NCBI GenBank assembly: GCA_965247235.1
Contig: OZ252004.1
Span: 4,132,883 to 4,196,882 of the forward strand
From: Pyrinomonadaceae bacterium
GTDB taxonomy: Bacteria; Acidobacteriota; Blastocatellia; Pyrinomonadales; Pyrinomonadaceae
DNA: 64,000 bases
Reading direction: 5' to 3'
Shown: positions 63,115-64,000 of the stretch, piece after piece
Numbering within the stretch: position 1 is the first letter of the stretch
Layout: every line of letters begins with the position of its first letter
Translations under genes and position numbers: made by a program
The notes under the pieces: generated by a model
Seen by the model: only the letters and a program-made list of their open reading frames with translations
Told to the model about the DNA's origin: nothing
The model's database searches: none

Positions 63115-63432
63115 TTAATCGGCATAATCCAAATCGAGCGTCATTCGATAATCGTTCGCCATCGTCGGATGTCCGTGCGCCATTGAAACTTCGATACCTT
63201 TTTTGTAAATTTCAATCGCTTTTTCGCGCATTCCGGTTTGCTCGTAAGCCTTTGCCAGCATTCCGTAAGCGTTGCCTTCGTCGTCGGCTTTTGCCAGATA
63301 ATCTTCGAGCGTCGCAATCGTGTTTTGCCAGTCACCGATCTTCTGATATTCGTTCGCCAAACCGAACAAAACCGTCGTGTTCGACGAATCAGATTCGATC
63401 ATTTGTTTGAAAATTTCGATTCTATTTTGCAT
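63115..63432 (-). CDS. Small TPR-repeat protein
   Basis: TPR-like helices (LANEYQKIGDWQNTIATLEDYL, AYGMLAKAYEQTGMREKAIEIYKKGI). Start at 63432. Confidence 0.55.
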   Translation of the reverse strand: MQNRIEIFKQMIESDSSNTTVLFGLANEYQKIGDWQNTIATLEDYLAKADDEGNAYGMLAKAYEQTGMREKAIEIYKKGIEVSMAHGHPTMANDYRMTLDLDYAD

Positions 63433-63594
63433 AAGTTTTAAGATACAAAACTTTGCGGGAAAACAAAACATTGGCGGCGAAATGAGATTTCCAATGGTAT
63501 AATTTTGAATGTGTTGAAAAGGTTTTTATTCTTGAAAGACGAACTTTTCACAAATTGCCTATTATTTTCAAGAAATGTTTTTTTGGAGTAAATT

Positions 63595-64000
63595 ATGAAC
63601 AAAATTAAACTTTTATTACTCACTTGCACATTGATTCTTATTAGCGGAAGCCCGATTTTTTCTCAACAGACAAACGACGCAAATAAAAAATCCTTAATTG
63701 CTGACTTTAGAAAATTGACGGGCGCGGACAGAGTTAATTTATCCGTGAATGTTTCAACTGATATAAGCGATGATCTTAATGCGTTGTTGGAGCAGGACAA
63801 AGAGATTACCGAAATCCAAAAACAAGAATTGAAAAAATCTATCGCTGAAGCAAACGGACGTGTTGACAAGACAGCCAAAGATTTTCTGAACGATCAGCAG
63901 ACGATGACGGCTTTGGCAGAAGAAATAATCTATCAATTATATGACAAAACTTTCACGGAAGGTGAGTTGAAAGATTTGATTGCTTTTTATCAAACTCCCG
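63595..64000 (+). CDS. Secreted hypothetical protein, 5' part (runs off the window end)
   Basis: ATG at 63595. Signal peptide MNKIKLLLLTCTLILISGSPIFSQ. Open to the end of the window. Confidence 0.5.
   Translation, partial: MNKIKLLLLTCTLILISGSPIFSQQTNDANKKSLIADFRKLTGADRVNLSVNVSTDISDDLNALLEQDKEITEIQKQELKKSIAEANGRVDKTAKDFLNDQQTMTALAEEIIYQLYDKTFTEGELKDLIAFYQTP

Overview
This is a 64-kb chromosomal segment from a mid-GC bacterium. Several families point to an Acidobacteria-like organism (GTP-type PEPCK, an Acidobacteria-style VWA secreted protein, a Hanks kinase with TPR tail, an ether-lipid AGPS homolog), but this is inference only. About 55 protein genes are supported and no rRNA, tRNA or CRISPR was found.

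Housekeeping and metabolic genes:
- Core: xseA (3' part) and xseB, pckG, hldD, phosphohexomutase, a fused 2-oxoacid dehydrogenase E1 alpha/beta, an FtsB-like protein, HDAC-family and Gfo/Idh/MocA enzymes.
- Transport: OPT and DHA2-MFS transporters.
- Regulation: a Ser/Thr kinase near an FHA-peptidase, and MerR and AraC regulators.

Accessory features worth attention:
1. A 1262-aa MmeI-like type IIG restriction-modification gene stays open through four hairpin-repeat insertions and carries a DUF559 domain flanked by two of them.
2. A flotillin-associated locus has three tandemly amplified paralogs, a glycine-zipper protein with no recognisable domain that is translationally coupled to the last paralog, and a DUF1795 (EagR-like) protein.
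3. A low-GC islet encodes two paralogous six-Cys secreted peptides, a TlpA-like thioredoxin and an AraC-like regulator, and abuts a nonsense-mutated transporter remnant.
4. A three-gene AGPS / PlsC-like / SDR cassette looks like a compact ether-lipid pathway, and a separate 681-aa radical SAM enzyme may be Tes-like.
5. At least five families of palindromic or MITE-like elements recur across the window, some nested, some flanking small nuclease-fold genes and one supplying a gene's start codon.
6. Smaller items: a HicBA pair, an orphan BrnA-like antitoxin, two pseudogene fragments, a 7-nt coding repeat tract, and an iteron-like repeat array.
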